Part shown: positions 1 through 9,814 of the stretch, piece after piece
Numbering within the stretch: the first letter of the stretch is position 1
How the letters are laid out: every line of letters begins with the position of its first letter
DNA from: an uncultured Acidobacteriota bacterium
GTDB lineage: Bacteria; Acidobacteriota; Thermoanaerobaculia; UBA5066
Reading direction: 5' to 3'
Assembly: GCA_963779415.1 (NCBI GenBank)
Contig: CAVZYA010000001.1
Span: 1,120,001 to 1,184,000, forward strand
Length of the DNA stretch: 64,000 bases
Translations under genes and position numbers: made by a program
Notes under the pieces: generated by a model
Told to the model about the DNA's origin: nothing
Databases searched by the model: none
The model's input: only the letters and a program-made list of their open reading frames with translations

Positions 1-349
1 TCTCGGCGTTCCGGAGCTCCACTTTCGCCTTCTCGAGATTCGCCTTCTGCTGGTCGACCGTCTGCTGGAACGGCGTCGGGTCGAGCTCGGCCAGGAGCTG
101 CCCCTTCTTGACCTCCGAGTTGAAGTCGACGTAGAGCTTCGCGATGATTCCCGAAACTTGGCTGCCGACGTTCACCGTCGTGACGGCCGAGAGCGTTCCC
201 GTCGCCGTCACGGTTGCCGTCACCGTACCGAGATCGATCTTCGCCCACCGGTACTTCGCCTCGCCGTTGCTGCCCCGCTTCATGTAGAAGAACCCCAGGG
301 CCGCGGCGAGGAGAACGAGGAATCCGAGGAGAATGACGACTTTCTTCAT
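1..349 (-). CDS. Efflux RND transporter periplasmic adaptor subunit, MacA-like (5' part; runs off window)
   Basis: Manual translation MKKVVILLGFLVLLAAALGFFY...VTATGTLSAVTTVNVGSQVSGIIAKLYVDFNSEVKKGQLLAELD: N-terminal anchor plus the lipoyl-like motif of membrane-fusion proteins. Confidence 0.85.
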   Translation of the reverse strand, partial: MKKVVILLGFLVLLAAALGFFYMKRGSNGEAKYRWAKIDLGTVTATVTATGTLSAVTTVNVGSQVSGIIAKLYVDFNSEVKKGQLLAELDPTPFQQTVDQQKANLEKAKVELRNAE

Positions 350-368
350 GAACACACCACATTCATTC

Positions 369-395
369 GACGTTCGGGGACGGTTCCGGTTGACA
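369..395 (-). promoter_or_regulatory. Putative ECF-sigma promoter (TGTCAAC-N16-CGTC) for the MacA-like gene
   Basis: AAC / CGTC boxes with 16-nt spacing just upstream of the start codon; resembles ECF consensus. Confidence 0.35.
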
Positions 396-418
396 GGCGC
401 GGCCGCGTTCCCTTCATT

Positions 419-1462
419 TCAGAACCTCAGGCCGAAGCCGAGCCGGAATCCGTCCCCGGAAACGGGCCCCCGGGACCCGCTGAACCGGCGCGCGACGTAT
501 TCGATGGTCGCTTCGATCCCCTTTCGCGGCATCCAGACGACGGCGGGCTGAAGAAGCCACTCCCTCGCCTCGGCGCCGAGGTAGGACCACTGGGACCAGA
601 CGATTCGATAGACAACGGTCGGGAACTCGGCACGGAACTCCACGAGTCCCGCCCGGGCGGAATCATAAGCGAGGTCGAGGATCGACCCGGGAGGCTGCCG
701 CTCTCCTCCCCGGAGAAGGAACTCGGCCATCAGCGCGAGCGGCCCGGCCGTGAGGGTCATTTCCAGCGAGAGGTCGTTCAGCCGGAACGAGGGGCGTCCG
801 TCGTCGAAGGCGATCCGGACCGTCTCCCCCGAGAGGCCCGGCTTGAACGTCAGGAGCCCCTTGTAAAAGAGGTACGCGACGCGGGCCGAAGCCCCTTCGA
901 CGCGGCTGGCGGAGGAATCCGACGCGGCCCCTCTTCCGGTCTCCTCCCAGGAGCCCGCGCGGGGCCCGATCCCGTCCCACCGCGCGGCCCAGAGAAAGCT
1001 GTCGTAGCCGATCCGTTTCTCTCCGGAAATGCTCATCCCCCAGAACGGGCTTCGCGAGATGCCGTTGTCGGAAAAGAGCGTGCCGGAAAAAGTGTCGTCC
1101 GGGAGGCCGAACGCCCGCTCCGTCAACCCGGCGCGCACCTTGCCGACCGGTGTCTCGAGGTATGCGGTCGCCTCCTGGAACCAGACCGGGGTGCCGTAAT
1201 ACGGGCGGAATCCCCCGGGCGTCCCCCGAAGCTCGGCCTTCGCGCCCCAGCTCTCGCGGGAATAGTCGCCTCCCGTCGCGGCGTACCAGAGGTCGGCCTG
1301 CGTCGACTCCCCTTTCTGAAGCGGAATGAAGCCCATGGCGATCCCCTCGATCCAGAAGTTCGGACCCGGCCCGGGCACGGGGGGATCGCCTTCTGCGAGA
1401 AGGGCCGGGGCGGCGGCGAGGAGCGCAAGCGCCGCGAGCCGGCGCAGAGAGGCGGGACTCAA
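419..1462 (-). CDS. Putative outer-membrane beta-barrel protein
   Basis: Signal-peptide-like LRRLAALALLAAAPALLA, alternating aromatic strands, C-terminal GFRLGFGLRF with terminal Phe; start approximate (TTG). Confidence 0.6.
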   Translation of the reverse strand: MSPASLRRLAALALLAAAPALLAEGDPPVPGPGPNFWIEGIAMGFIPLQKGESTQADLWYAATGGDYSRESWGAKAELRGTPGGFRPYYGTPVWFQEATAYLETPVGKVRAGLTERAFGLPDDTFSGTLFSDNGISRSPFWGMSISGEKRIGYDSFLWAARWDGIGPRAGSWEETGRGAASDSSASRVEGASARVAYLFYKGLLTFKPGLSGETVRIAFDDGRPSFRLNDLSLEMTLTAGPLALMAEFLLRGGERQPPGSILDLAYDSARAGLVEFRAEFPTVVYRIVWSQWSYLGAEAREWLLQPAVVWMPRKGIEATIEYVARRFSGSRGPVSGDGFRLGFGLRF

Positions 1463-1523
1463 GTCGGCCCGTATGATACGAAGTGCCGCCCGGAGGGTTG
1501 CCTCCCGGGCGGCATCACTTCCG

Positions 1524-2791
1524 ATGAAGCTCCAGTTCGACATCCCGTGCGAGACCCGCACGCTCCAAAACGGCCTCAAGGTCGTCGTGGCGCCCCATCC
1601 CGGCGTTCCGATCGTCACGGTCGACGTGACCTACGACGTCGGGAGCCGCGTCGAGCCGGAAGGGAAGACGGGGTTCGCCCACCTTTTCGAGCACTTGATG
1701 TTCGAAGGGTCGGAAAACGTCGGAAAGGGGGAGCACTTCCGGCTCGTAGCCGAGGCCGGCGGGGCGATGAACGGGACGACCTCGGAGGACCGGACGAACT
1801 ACTTCGAGACGCTTCCGGCGGAGTGCCTCGACCTCGCCCTCTTCCTCGAGGCCGACCGGATGCGGGCCCTCGTCCTCTCCGAGGAGAAGCTCGCGAACCA
1901 GCGCGAGGCGGTGAAGGAGGAGAAGCGGCTCCGCGTCGACAACCAGCCGTACGCCCCCTCGTTCGAGGTCGCGGACGCCCTCGCGTACGACGCCTTTCCT
2001 TACCGCCACTCCGTCATCGGCTCGATGGACGATCTCGACCGGGCCACGCTCGACGACGCGCGCGACTTCTACCGCCGGTACTACTCCCCCGGGAACGCGC
2101 TCCTCTGCCTGAGCGGCGACGTGGAGCCGGAGGAGGCCTTCGCCCGCGCCGCGCGCGTCTTCGGCGCCGTCCCGGCGCGCGAGACGCCCCCCCCTTCCAC
2201 GTCGTCGAGCCGCCGCCGCACGGCGAGCGGCGCGCCCGCGTCGACGACCTCCACGCGGCGCTCCCGGCGCTGCAGGTGAACGCCAAGGGACCGGCCCGGC
2301 GCGACGCCGACGCCTACGCGCTCCTCTACGCCGAGAAGATCCTCGGAGGAGGCGAGAGCGCGACGCTCTGGCGGCGCCTCGTCAAGGACGAGGAGCTGGC
2401 CCTCTCGCTCTCGATCCACTTCGACGAGAGGCGCGGCCCTTCGCTCTTCCGCGTCTTCGCCATCGCGCGCGCGGGGGTCTCGCATCGCGTGCTGGAGGAG
2501 GAGATCCGCTCGGCGCTCCACCGGCTCGCGGAAGGCGGGCCGACGGCCGCGGAGATGGAGCGCGCGCGGCGCCTTCTCTTGGCCGACATGGTCCGCTCCA
2601 CGCAGACGACCCAGGCCGTGGCGTTCCTTCTCTCGGAGTACGGTCTCTACGACGGCGCGCCCGGCCTCTGGCGCGAGGACTTCGAGCGGATCCTCGCGCT
2701 CGACGCCGCCGCGGTCCGGGACGCGGCCGCGCGGCTCTTCACCCCCGAGCGGATCTCCACCGTGGAGATCCACCCCGCGGGGGGGCGATGA
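1524..2791 (+). CDS. M16 (pitrilysin-family) zinc peptidase, catalytic subunit; frameshift at C-run ~2187-2194
   Basis: HLFEHLMF (HxxEH) and NGTTSEDRTNY in ORF 1326..2279; the M16 C-terminal half continues in frame of ORF 158..2791 after the poly-C run. Confidence 0.9.
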
Positions 2792-4143
2792 AACTCCCGC
2801 CTCCCCGCCCCGGCCCGCCGCGCCCGTTCGCGCCGCCCCCCTTCACGGCGGCGACGCTCCGGTCGGGACTTCCCGCGCGCGCGGCGCGCTGGGGGAAGCG
2901 CCCGACGGTCGCCGTCTCGGTCGTCTTTCCCGGCGCGGGGAGCGCGTCGGACCCCCCGGGGCGCGAAGGGACCGCCGAGCTCGCGGCCGACGTCTTCCTC
3001 GGCGGGACACGGACGAAGAGCGCCCGGGAGCTGGCCGTCGCCCTCGACGACCTCGCCGCCGTCCTCGACGTCTCGGCCGGCAGCGACTCCTCGGTGGCGC
3101 GTCTCTACGTTCTCGAGCCGGATCTCGACGCCGGCCTCGCCCTTCTCGCCGAGGTCCTCACGGAATCGACGTTTCCCGAGGAGGAGTTCGCAAAGAGCCG
3201 CCGCCGGACGCTCGACACGCTGATCGAGCAGCGCTCCGAGCCCGACTTCCTCGCGCGCGAGCGTCTGCACGACCGGCTCTACCCGGGCCACCCGTATGGC
3301 CGGCTGACGCCGTCGGAGCGAGGCCTCGCGGCCATCAACCGGGACGACCTCGCCCGTTTTGCCGCCGATCGACTCTCGCTCGCCGGGGCGACGTTTCTCG
3401 CTGCCGGCTCGGCGGACCCGGAGCGCCTCCTCTCGGCCGCCGAGAAGGCCTTCGGCGGCCTCCCGATCCCATCGGCGCTCGCCGCGCCGGGGGTGCCCGA
3501 CGCGCCCGCGATCAAAGACTTCACGATCCACATCGTCCATCGGACCGGCTCGGTCCAGACGAACCTCCTCTTCGCCCGCCCCGCCATACCGCGCCGCCAC
3601 CCCCGCTACCTCGACGCGCTCGTCGCGAACCAGTCGCTCGGCGGGGGCGCCTCGTCGCGGCTCTTCAACGTCCTGCGCGAGGAGAAAGGGCTGACGTACG
3701 GGGCCTACTCGTCGCTTTCTCCCCGCGTCCGCGCCGGACACTTCGGCGCCTCCATCGACTGCCGGACGGAGGTGACGCGCGAGGCGCTGGAAGGGCTTCT
3801 CGGCCTCGTGCGTACCTACGCGGAAGGGGGGCCGACTCCCGAGGAGCACGGGCGCTCTCTTCGCTATCTCTCCGGGACGTTCGTCCTCTCGCGCGAGGCG
3901 CCCGGCGCGATCGTCCAGGACGAGGTGACCCGCCTCCTTCACGGCCTTCCCGGGGACGAATGGGCGACATGGCGCGAGCGGCTCCTCGCCGTGACGCCGG
4001 AATCGGCGGCGCGGGCCGCGCGCGACTACTTCGACCCGTCGATCGGCGTCCTGGCCGCCGTCGGCGACGCCGAGGCGCTCCGCCCCGTCCTCGAGCCGTT
4101 CGGCGACGTCACCCTCTGGGACACGGACGGGCCCCGGGCGTGA
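2788..4143 (+). CDS. M16 family peptidase, non-catalytic subunit
   Basis: LGGGASSRLFNVLREEKGLTYG motif, no HxxEH; ATGA overlap with upstream gene. Confidence 0.9.
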   Translation: MKLPPPRPGPPRPFAPPPFTAATLRSGLPARAARWGKRPTVAVSVVFPGAGSASDPPGREGTAELAADVFLGGTRTKSARELAVALDDLAAVLDVSAGSDSSVARLYVLEPDLDAGLALLAEVLTESTFPEEEFAKSRRRTLDTLIEQRSEPDFLARERLHDRLYPGHPYGRLTPSERGLAAINRDDLARFAADRLSLAGATFLAAGSADPERLLSAAEKAFGGLPIPSALAAPGVPDAPAIKDFTIHIVHRTGSVQTNLLFARPAIPRRHPRYLDALVANQSLGGGASSRLFNVLREEKGLTYGAYSSLSPRVRAGHFGASIDCRTEVTREALEGLLGLVRTYAEGGPTPEEHGRSLRYLSGTFVLSREAPGAIVQDEVTRLLHGLPGDEWATWRERLLAVTPESAARAARDYFDPSIGVLAAVGDAEALRPVLEPFGDVTLWDTDGPRA

Positions 4144-4150
4144 GCCATCC

Positions 4151-5035
4151 CTATCTCTCGGAGGGGACCGACGGAATCTCCGCCGAGTCGGCGTGGTCTG
4201 TCCGCATGGCCCGCGCCTCGAGCGTCCTCCGCAGCCGGGTCCGGAACGTCAGGACCTCGAGCTGACGCAGCCGCTCGGCTTCGCCAGACCGCCTCCGCTG
4301 CTGCTCCCGGGCAACGGCGAGTAGGAGCGCGCTCCGGACGTACTCCCTCCGCTCGTCCGAGCGGCCGAAGCGCCTCTCGAGAAGTCGGCGCCACGGCAGC
4401 TCCAGAGCGGATGCGTCGTCCGCCGGAAGGAATCCGAGTCGGACCTCTTCGTCGAGCTCGCGCCGGACCCGGGCACGCTCGAGGAGAAGGGCCGGAGCCC
4501 ACGCCAGAAGAGCCACGCCGAGGCTCGCGGCAAGTAGCGCCCCCGCGGCCGCCCGCGGCGACGGCCTCGCGAGCGCGGATCCGGCCGCCGCGAGGAGGGG
4601 CGGCGCGACGAGGGCCCAGGCCGCGAGCGCGATCTTCCGTTCTCCCGACTCCGCCGACGCCCGGACCATCTCGGCCGAAAAGAGGGAGACGGCGGCGAGG
4701 ACGCCGGCACCCGCCGCTCCGGCGACGAGCGCCCCCTCGCCGCGGAGGCTCACGGAAGCGACGGCTCCCGCGGGAAGGCCGAAGGCGAAGGCCGAAAGGA
4801 CCCCTTCCTCCGTGATGGGGAGCCATCGAGTCCAGGCGGCTGCGAGCGCGAGAACCAGAACTGCGAGAACGGCGGCGCCGGCTTCGGCCGGATCGGGAAA
4901 GGCGGACGGACCCCGCCCGAACGCGGCAAATCCCGCGAGGAGCCCGGCCGGCGCGAGCGCCAGAGGCCCCCTCATCCGGCCGATCCCGGCGGCGGCGGCC
5001 GCCGCGAGGAGGCGCAGCGCGATCTCGACCGTCAC
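4151..5035 (-). CDS. Hypothetical multi-pass membrane protein (degenerate PrsW-like?)
   Basis: Several hydrophobic Ala/Leu helices, then charged tail RRELDEEVRLGFLP; coupled to ribF stop. Confidence 0.55.
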   Translation of the reverse strand: MTVEIALRLLAAAAAAGIGRMRGPLALAPAGLLAGFAAFGRGPSAFPDPAEAGAAVLAVLVLALAAAWTRWLPITEEGVLSAFAFGLPAGAVASVSLRGEGALVAGAAGAGVLAAVSLFSAEMVRASAESGERKIALAAWALVAPPLLAAAGSALARPSPRAAAGALLAASLGVALLAWAPALLLERARVRRELDEEVRLGFLPADDASALELPWRRLLERRFGRSDERREYVRSALLLAVAREQQRRRSGEAERLRQLEVLTFRTRLRRTLEARAMRTDHADSAEIPSVPSER

Positions 5036-5976
5036 GACACCGGGCTCTGCGCGAAATAGAGCCGCGTCGTCTCCACGTCGCGCCGGATCTGCGCCGTCAG
5101 CTCCAGCATCGAGGGGAAGACACGCTCCTCGCGGAGCCTCTGGAGGAAGGCGAGGCGGATCCGCTCGCCGTAGACGTCGGACGAGAAGTCGAGGACGTAC
5201 GACTCGATCGTCGTGGCGTAGTCCTCGTAAACGGTCGGGCGCCGCCCGATGTTCGTGACGCAGCCGAACGTCCGCTGGAACGACGGAATGTACAGAGTCG
5301 TCACGTAGACGCCGTCGACGGGAAAAAGCTCGTTCTCCGGCTTGAGGTTGATCGTCGGAAAGCCGATCTTCCGTCCCATCCGGTCCCCTTTCGCGACGAA
5401 ACCGTCCATCGCATAGGGGCGTCCGAGAAGTCGTGCGGCGAGCGCGACGTCCCCCGACTCGACGGCGCGCCGGATCCGGGTCGAGGAGACCCGCTCCGAC
5501 CCTTCGGCGACGTCCGCGATCTCCGAGACCGTCGTCCCCGCCTCCGCGCCGACGCGCGCGAGGCGGTCGAGGTTCCCCTGCTTGTCGCGCCCGAAGGCGA
5601 AGCGCTCCCCGACGTGCACCTCGCGGGCCGCGAGACGCTTCACGAGAAGCTCCCGGACGAAGACCTCCGCCGGGGTGAGGGAGAAGTCCCGCGTGAACGG
5701 GACGATCAGGAGGGCGTCGATTCCGCAGGCTTCGATCGCCTCCTCCCGCTGCCGGAGCGTCTGGATCATCTTCGGCGCCTCTTCGGGCCGCAGCACCTTG
5801 AGAGGGTGCGGATCGAAGGTGACGACGATGGAGGGGACGCCGAGATCGTGTGCCCGCGCGGCGACGTCCCGGAGGAGCTTCTGGTGCCCGAGGTGGACGC
5901 CGTCGAAGTTGCCGACGGTGACGATCCCCCGTTTTGGAAGGTCGGCACTCCGAAACGGATCTCGAATCACGATCAC
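5032..5976 (-). CDS. ribF: Bifunctional riboflavin kinase/FAD synthetase
   Basis: GNFDGVHLGHQ, SSTRIR, GRKIGFPTIN, NIGRRPT motifs. Confidence 0.97.
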   Translation of the reverse strand: MIVIRDPFRSADLPKRGIVTVGNFDGVHLGHQKLLRDVAARAHDLGVPSIVVTFDPHPLKVLRPEEAPKMIQTLRQREEAIEACGIDALLIVPFTRDFSLTPAEVFVRELLVKRLAAREVHVGERFAFGRDKQGNLDRLARVGAEAGTTVSEIADVAEGSERVSSTRIRRAVESGDVALAARLLGRPYAMDGFVAKGDRMGRKIGFPTINLKPENELFPVDGVYVTTLYIPSFQRTFGCVTNIGRRPTVYEDYATTIESYVLDFSSDVYGERIRLAFLQRLREERVFPSMLELTAQIRRDVETTRLYFAQSPVS

Positions 5977-5999
5977 GAAGTCACCATCCTACAGGCGCC

Positions 6000-6036
6000 G
6001 GGGGGTCCGGGGGGCCCGCGACGCCAGGCCCCCCGG
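6000..6036 (+). repeat. REP-like palindrome GGGGGGTCCGGGGGGC-loop-GGCCCCCCGG (copy 1)
   Basis: 10-bp perfect stem 6007-6016/6027-6036; same element on - strand at 11151-11180. Confidence 0.65.
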
Positions 6037-6083
6037 CGAGCGATCGCGGATGACGTTCAAGGCGAGTAACGGATCCTAAGCCA

Positions 6084-7448
6084 CTAAACCACGATGCGCG
6101 CGACGACGTCGTACGGGTGGGCCTCGGTCACCTCGACCCGGACGATCTCGCCGGCGCGCGGCGCCCAGTCGTCCGGGACCTCGTTGACGAGGACGCGGCC
6201 GTCGATCTCGGGAGCCTGGGAGGCGAGGCGCCCTTCGAGGAGGAGATCCGTCTCGGCGCAGGGCCCCTCGAGAAGGGCGTCGAAGGTCCTGCCGCGCTTC
6301 GCGCGGTTCTTCGAAAGGGAGATCTTCTGCTGGGTCTCCATGAGAGCGGCGCGCCGCGACGATTTTTCTTCGAATGAAACAGGATCGCCGAGCGCCTCGG
6401 CTCCCGACCCCGGTTCCAGCGAATACGTGAAGACGCCCGCGTTGTCGAAGCGCACGGCCTCGAGGAACTCTTTCACTTCCAAGAAATCTCTCTCCTCTTC
6501 CCCCGGAAACCCGACGATGAACGTCGAGCGCAGCGAAATATCCGGAACGACCGCGCGGATTTCCTCGAATTGCCGGCGGAAGCTCGCTTCGTCCCCGCCT
6601 CTCTTCATCGCCGCGAGAATCTTCCTCGAGACGTGCTGGAGCGGCATGTCGACGTATGGGACGAAGCGCGGCTCCTTCGCCATCAGCTCGAAGACCGACC
6701 GGTCGAGCGTCCTCGGATAGGCATAGAGGAAGCGGATCCAGGGGAAGGACGTCCCGTCGAGGAGCGCCGTCACGAGCCGGGCGAGGCCCGTCCGCCCGAG
6801 GCCCAGATCCTCGCCGTAGCGCGTCGTGTCCTGCGAGATGAGGACCAGCTCCCGGACGCCCTGCGCCTCGAGGGAGCGCGCCTCCGCCACGAGGGACGGG
6901 ATCGTCCGCGAGCGCTGGAGGCCTCGCATCTGGGGGATCGTGCAGAAGGTGCACGGGTTGTTGCACCCCTCGGCGACCTTGAGATAGGCGTACCCCTTCC
7001 GGTGGGTCAGGACCCGGGGCGCGAGGTCGTCGTAGAGGCGCGTCGCGAGCGGCTTCTCGGTGAAGCGTGGAAGAGACGGCAGGCCGAGCGCCGCCGCCGG
7101 CGCCTTCTCCAGCTCGTCCAGCCCGATGAAGTGGTCCACCTCGGGGATCTCCGCGGCCAGCTCGCGGCCGTATTTCTGGACCATGCAGCCCGCCACGACG
7201 ACCCGGTCGATCTCCCCCTCTTCCCTCCTCCGCACCTCGCGGAGGATCGCGTTTACCGACTCTTCCTTCGCGCTTTCGATGAATCCGCAGGTGTTCACGA
7301 TGACGACGCGCGCCTTCTCGGGGTCCGAGAGCGCGAATCCGTCCTTCTGGAGGTGCCCCAGCATCACCTCGGTGTCGACGAGGTTCTTCGGGCAGCCGAG
7401 GGAGACAATCCCGACGGACGGAAGGGACGGGAGGGGAGGCTTCTTCAT
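6084..7448 (-). CDS. rimO: Ribosomal protein S12 methylthiotransferase
   Basis: SLGCPKNLVD, NTCGFI, radical SAM CNNPCTFC, QAPEIDG TRAM domain. Confidence 0.97.
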   Translation of the reverse strand: MKKPPLPSLPSVGIVSLGCPKNLVDTEVMLGHLQKDGFALSDPEKARVVIVNTCGFIESAKEESVNAILREVRRREEGEIDRVVVAGCMVQKYGRELAAEIPEVDHFIGLDELEKAPAAALGLPSLPRFTEKPLATRLYDDLAPRVLTHRKGYAYLKVAEGCNNPCTFCTIPQMRGLQRSRTIPSLVAEARSLEAQGVRELVLISQDTTRYGEDLGLGRTGLARLVTALLDGTSFPWIRFLYAYPRTLDRSVFELMAKEPRFVPYVDMPLQHVSRKILAAMKRGGDEASFRRQFEEIRAVVPDISLRSTFIVGFPGEEERDFLEVKEFLEAVRFDNAGVFTYSLEPGSGAEALGDPVSFEEKSSRRAALMETQQKISLSKNRAKRGRTFDALLEGPCAETDLLLEGRLASQAPEIDGRVLVNEVPDDWAPRAGEIVRVEVTEAHPYDVVARIVV

Positions 7449-7582
7449 AGATAGATATGGAGAGGCTGCGGCGACGCGCGCACGAGGTGCCTGCGCTGCG
7501 ACGGAAACGATTCTATATCGGAAGCTCCCGCTGGCGTGGGGTTGCGCGCCGCGTCAAGAGTACCGCCTCCGCCTGTAGAATC

Positions 7583-9766
7583 ATGGTCATCTACGAGTTC
7601 GACGACATTCGCGTGGATCCTGCGGCCTATCGTGTGACGAAGGCCGGCCTCCCCGTGCCCCTCGAGCCCAAGGCCTTCGAGGTCCTCCTCTTCCTGCTCC
7701 AGAACCCGGGAAGGCTCGTCGAGAAGAAGGAACTGCTCGAGAGGGTCTGGCCGGACATCGTCGTGACCGAGGGCGCGATGACGCGCGTGATCGCCGACCT
7801 TCGGCGCTCTCTCGGCGACGCCGCGCGCGAGGCCCGGTACATCGAAACCGTCCCGACGAAGGGCTACCGGTTCATCGCCGAGGTCCGGCGGATCGCCGAA
7901 CCCCAGGCTCCCGCGCCGCCGGCCGAACCCTCAGCCCCCGGGGCGGCCGCGCCGCAGCGGCGCGTTGTCTGGGTCGCGGCCGGCTTCCTCGTCCTGGCGG
8001 TCGCCGGCTTCATCGTCTTCCGAGTGCCGCGCTCGCGGCCCGCCGCCGGGCCGCCCCCGGGACCGGCGAAGCTGACCCAGGTCACGGAGTCCCTCGGACT
8101 GGACATGTTCCCCACGTTCTCTCCCGACGGGGCGCAGATCGCCTATTGCTCCGACCGCGACCGGTCGTTCGAGATCTACGTCCGGCAGCTCACGCCGGGT
8201 GGCCGGGAGATCCGCATCACATTCGACGGCCGCGACAACTTTCAGCCCGCATGGTCGCCCGACGGGCGCGAGATCGCGTACGCCTCGAGAGCCGTGCCCG
8301 GCATCTGGATCGTCCCCGCTCTCGGCGGGGAGCCACGCCGCCTGACAGTGTTCGGCTCCCGCCCTTCGTGGTCGCCCGACGGGGCGACGATCGTCTTCCA
8401 GTCCGGCGGCGTCATCGAGCTTTCCGCCACGTCTCCGGCCGCGCCGCCCCCTTCGTCGTTGTGGGTCGTGCCGGCCAGCGGCGGCGAGCCGGGGCCGCTC
8501 ACGCGCCCGGGGTCGCCCGTCGGCGGGCACGGGGCCCCGGTCTTCTCCCCGGACGGAACCGAGGTCGTCTTCGCGACCTGGTCGGTCCGCAGCGAGTTGT
8601 GGAGCGTGTCTCGAAAGGACGGCTCCCTGCGCCGGATCCTGCCGTCGGACGAGGCGGCGCGGGACGCGGGCTCCACGGAGCACCTGTACTTCGACCCCGC
8701 CTTCACGCCGAAGGGCGATTTCCTCTACTTCGCGGCGACGGAGCGGAGCTGGCTGAACACGAGCCTCTGGCGGATGCGTGCACCGGATGGTCCGGGCGGG
8801 CGCTGGGGGGCCCCCGAGCGCGTCACGCCGGACGGTACGGCGTCCGTCCGGCAGATCGCGGTCTCTCCGCGCAGCGGCACGGTCGCGTACGCCGCGCTCT
8901 CGATCGTGAGCAACCTCTGGTCGCTGCCGCTCGACCCGAAAACCTCGGTTCCGACGGGCGAGCCCGTCCTCCTGACCCGCGGCGCCGGCTGCCGCAACAC
9001 GTCGCCGAGGTTCTCGCCCGACGGCTCGAAGATCGCGTTCGTCTCCTGCCGGGCGGGCTCCTCCACCGACATCTGGCTCATGGACCGGGACGGCGGGGAC
9101 CCCCGCCCGGTCACGGACGGCTCCTCCGAGACGCACTTCCCGAACTGGTTCCCGGGCGCGGACCGGATCGCCTACTTCACGATTCGGGGCGGAAGAAAGG
9201 AGCTGTGGGCCATCTCCCTTGAAGATCGCTCGCAGCGGCTGCTCCTTCCGCTCGGGAACGACGTGTCTCGCACGAGCCTCTCGTTCGACGGACGCTTCGT
9301 CGCCTGCACGAAGGAGGCGCCCGACCACGGCCTCTCGACGTGGGTGGCGCCGCTCGACGGCGGCCCTGCGCGGCAGGTGACCCCTCCCGACATGAGCGCC
9401 GGCTATCCCTGCTGGTCGCGCGACGGCCGCTGGCTAGCCGTCGACCTGGTGCGGCCGCCAGACACGTTCCTCGCGGTCGTCCCGGCCGCGGGCGGCTCGC
9501 CGGCCCCGCTCGTGCATGAGAAGGGCCTGAGCTGGCCGTCGGACTGGTCGCCGGACGGGGAGAAGATCGCCTTCTCGGGACAGCGCGACGGGATCTGGAA
9601 CGTCTACTGGGTCGCACGCAGCGGGGGACCGGCCCGCCGCCTCACGGAGAACGGAAGGCCGCGCACGTTCCTGCGCTACCCCGTCTGGTCGCCGAAGGGC
9701 GACCGGATCGTCTTCGAGCGTTCCGAGACGACCGGCAACGTCTGGGTCCTGGACCCCGCTGGGTAG
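7583..9766 (+). CDS. Winged-helix (CadC/OmpR-type) DNA-binding protein with TM helix and TolB-like PD40 beta-propellers
   Basis: LEPKAFEVLLFLL...YIETVPTKGYRF; hydrophobic segment; repeated P(A/S)WSPDG. Confidence 0.9.
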   Translation: MVIYEFDDIRVDPAAYRVTKAGLPVPLEPKAFEVLLFLLQNPGRLVEKKELLERVWPDIVVTEGAMTRVIADLRRSLGDAAREARYIETVPTKGYRFIAEVRRIAEPQAPAPPAEPSAPGAAAPQRRVVWVAAGFLVLAVAGFIVFRVPRSRPAAGPPPGPAKLTQVTESLGLDMFPTFSPDGAQIAYCSDRDRSFEIYVRQLTPGGREIRITFDGRDNFQPAWSPDGREIAYASRAVPGIWIVPALGGEPRRLTVFGSRPSWSPDGATIVFQSGGVIELSATSPAAPPPSSLWVVPASGGEPGPLTRPGSPVGGHGAPVFSPDGTEVVFATWSVRSELWSVSRKDGSLRRILPSDEAARDAGSTEHLYFDPAFTPKGDFLYFAATERSWLNTSLWRMRAPDGPGGRWGAPERVTPDGTASVRQIAVSPRSGTVAYAALSIVSNLWSLPLDPKTSVPTGEPVLLTRGAGCRNTSPRFSPDGSKIAFVSCRAGSSTDIWLMDRDGGDPRPVTDGSSETHFPNWFPGADRIAYFTIRGGRKELWAISLEDRSQRLLLPLGNDVSRTSLSFDGRFVACTKEAPDHGLSTWVAPLDGGPARQVTPPDMSAGYPCWSRDGRWLAVDLVRPPDTFLAVVPAAGGSPAPLVHEKGLSWPSDWSPDGEKIAFSGQRDGIWNVYWVARSGGPARRLTENGRPRTFLRYPVWSPKGDRIVFERSETTGNVWVLDPAG

Positions 9767-9814
9767 ATCGGGGCGGAGGAGGCGCTGGGGACGCCGCGCC
9801 AGCGACTCCCCCGA

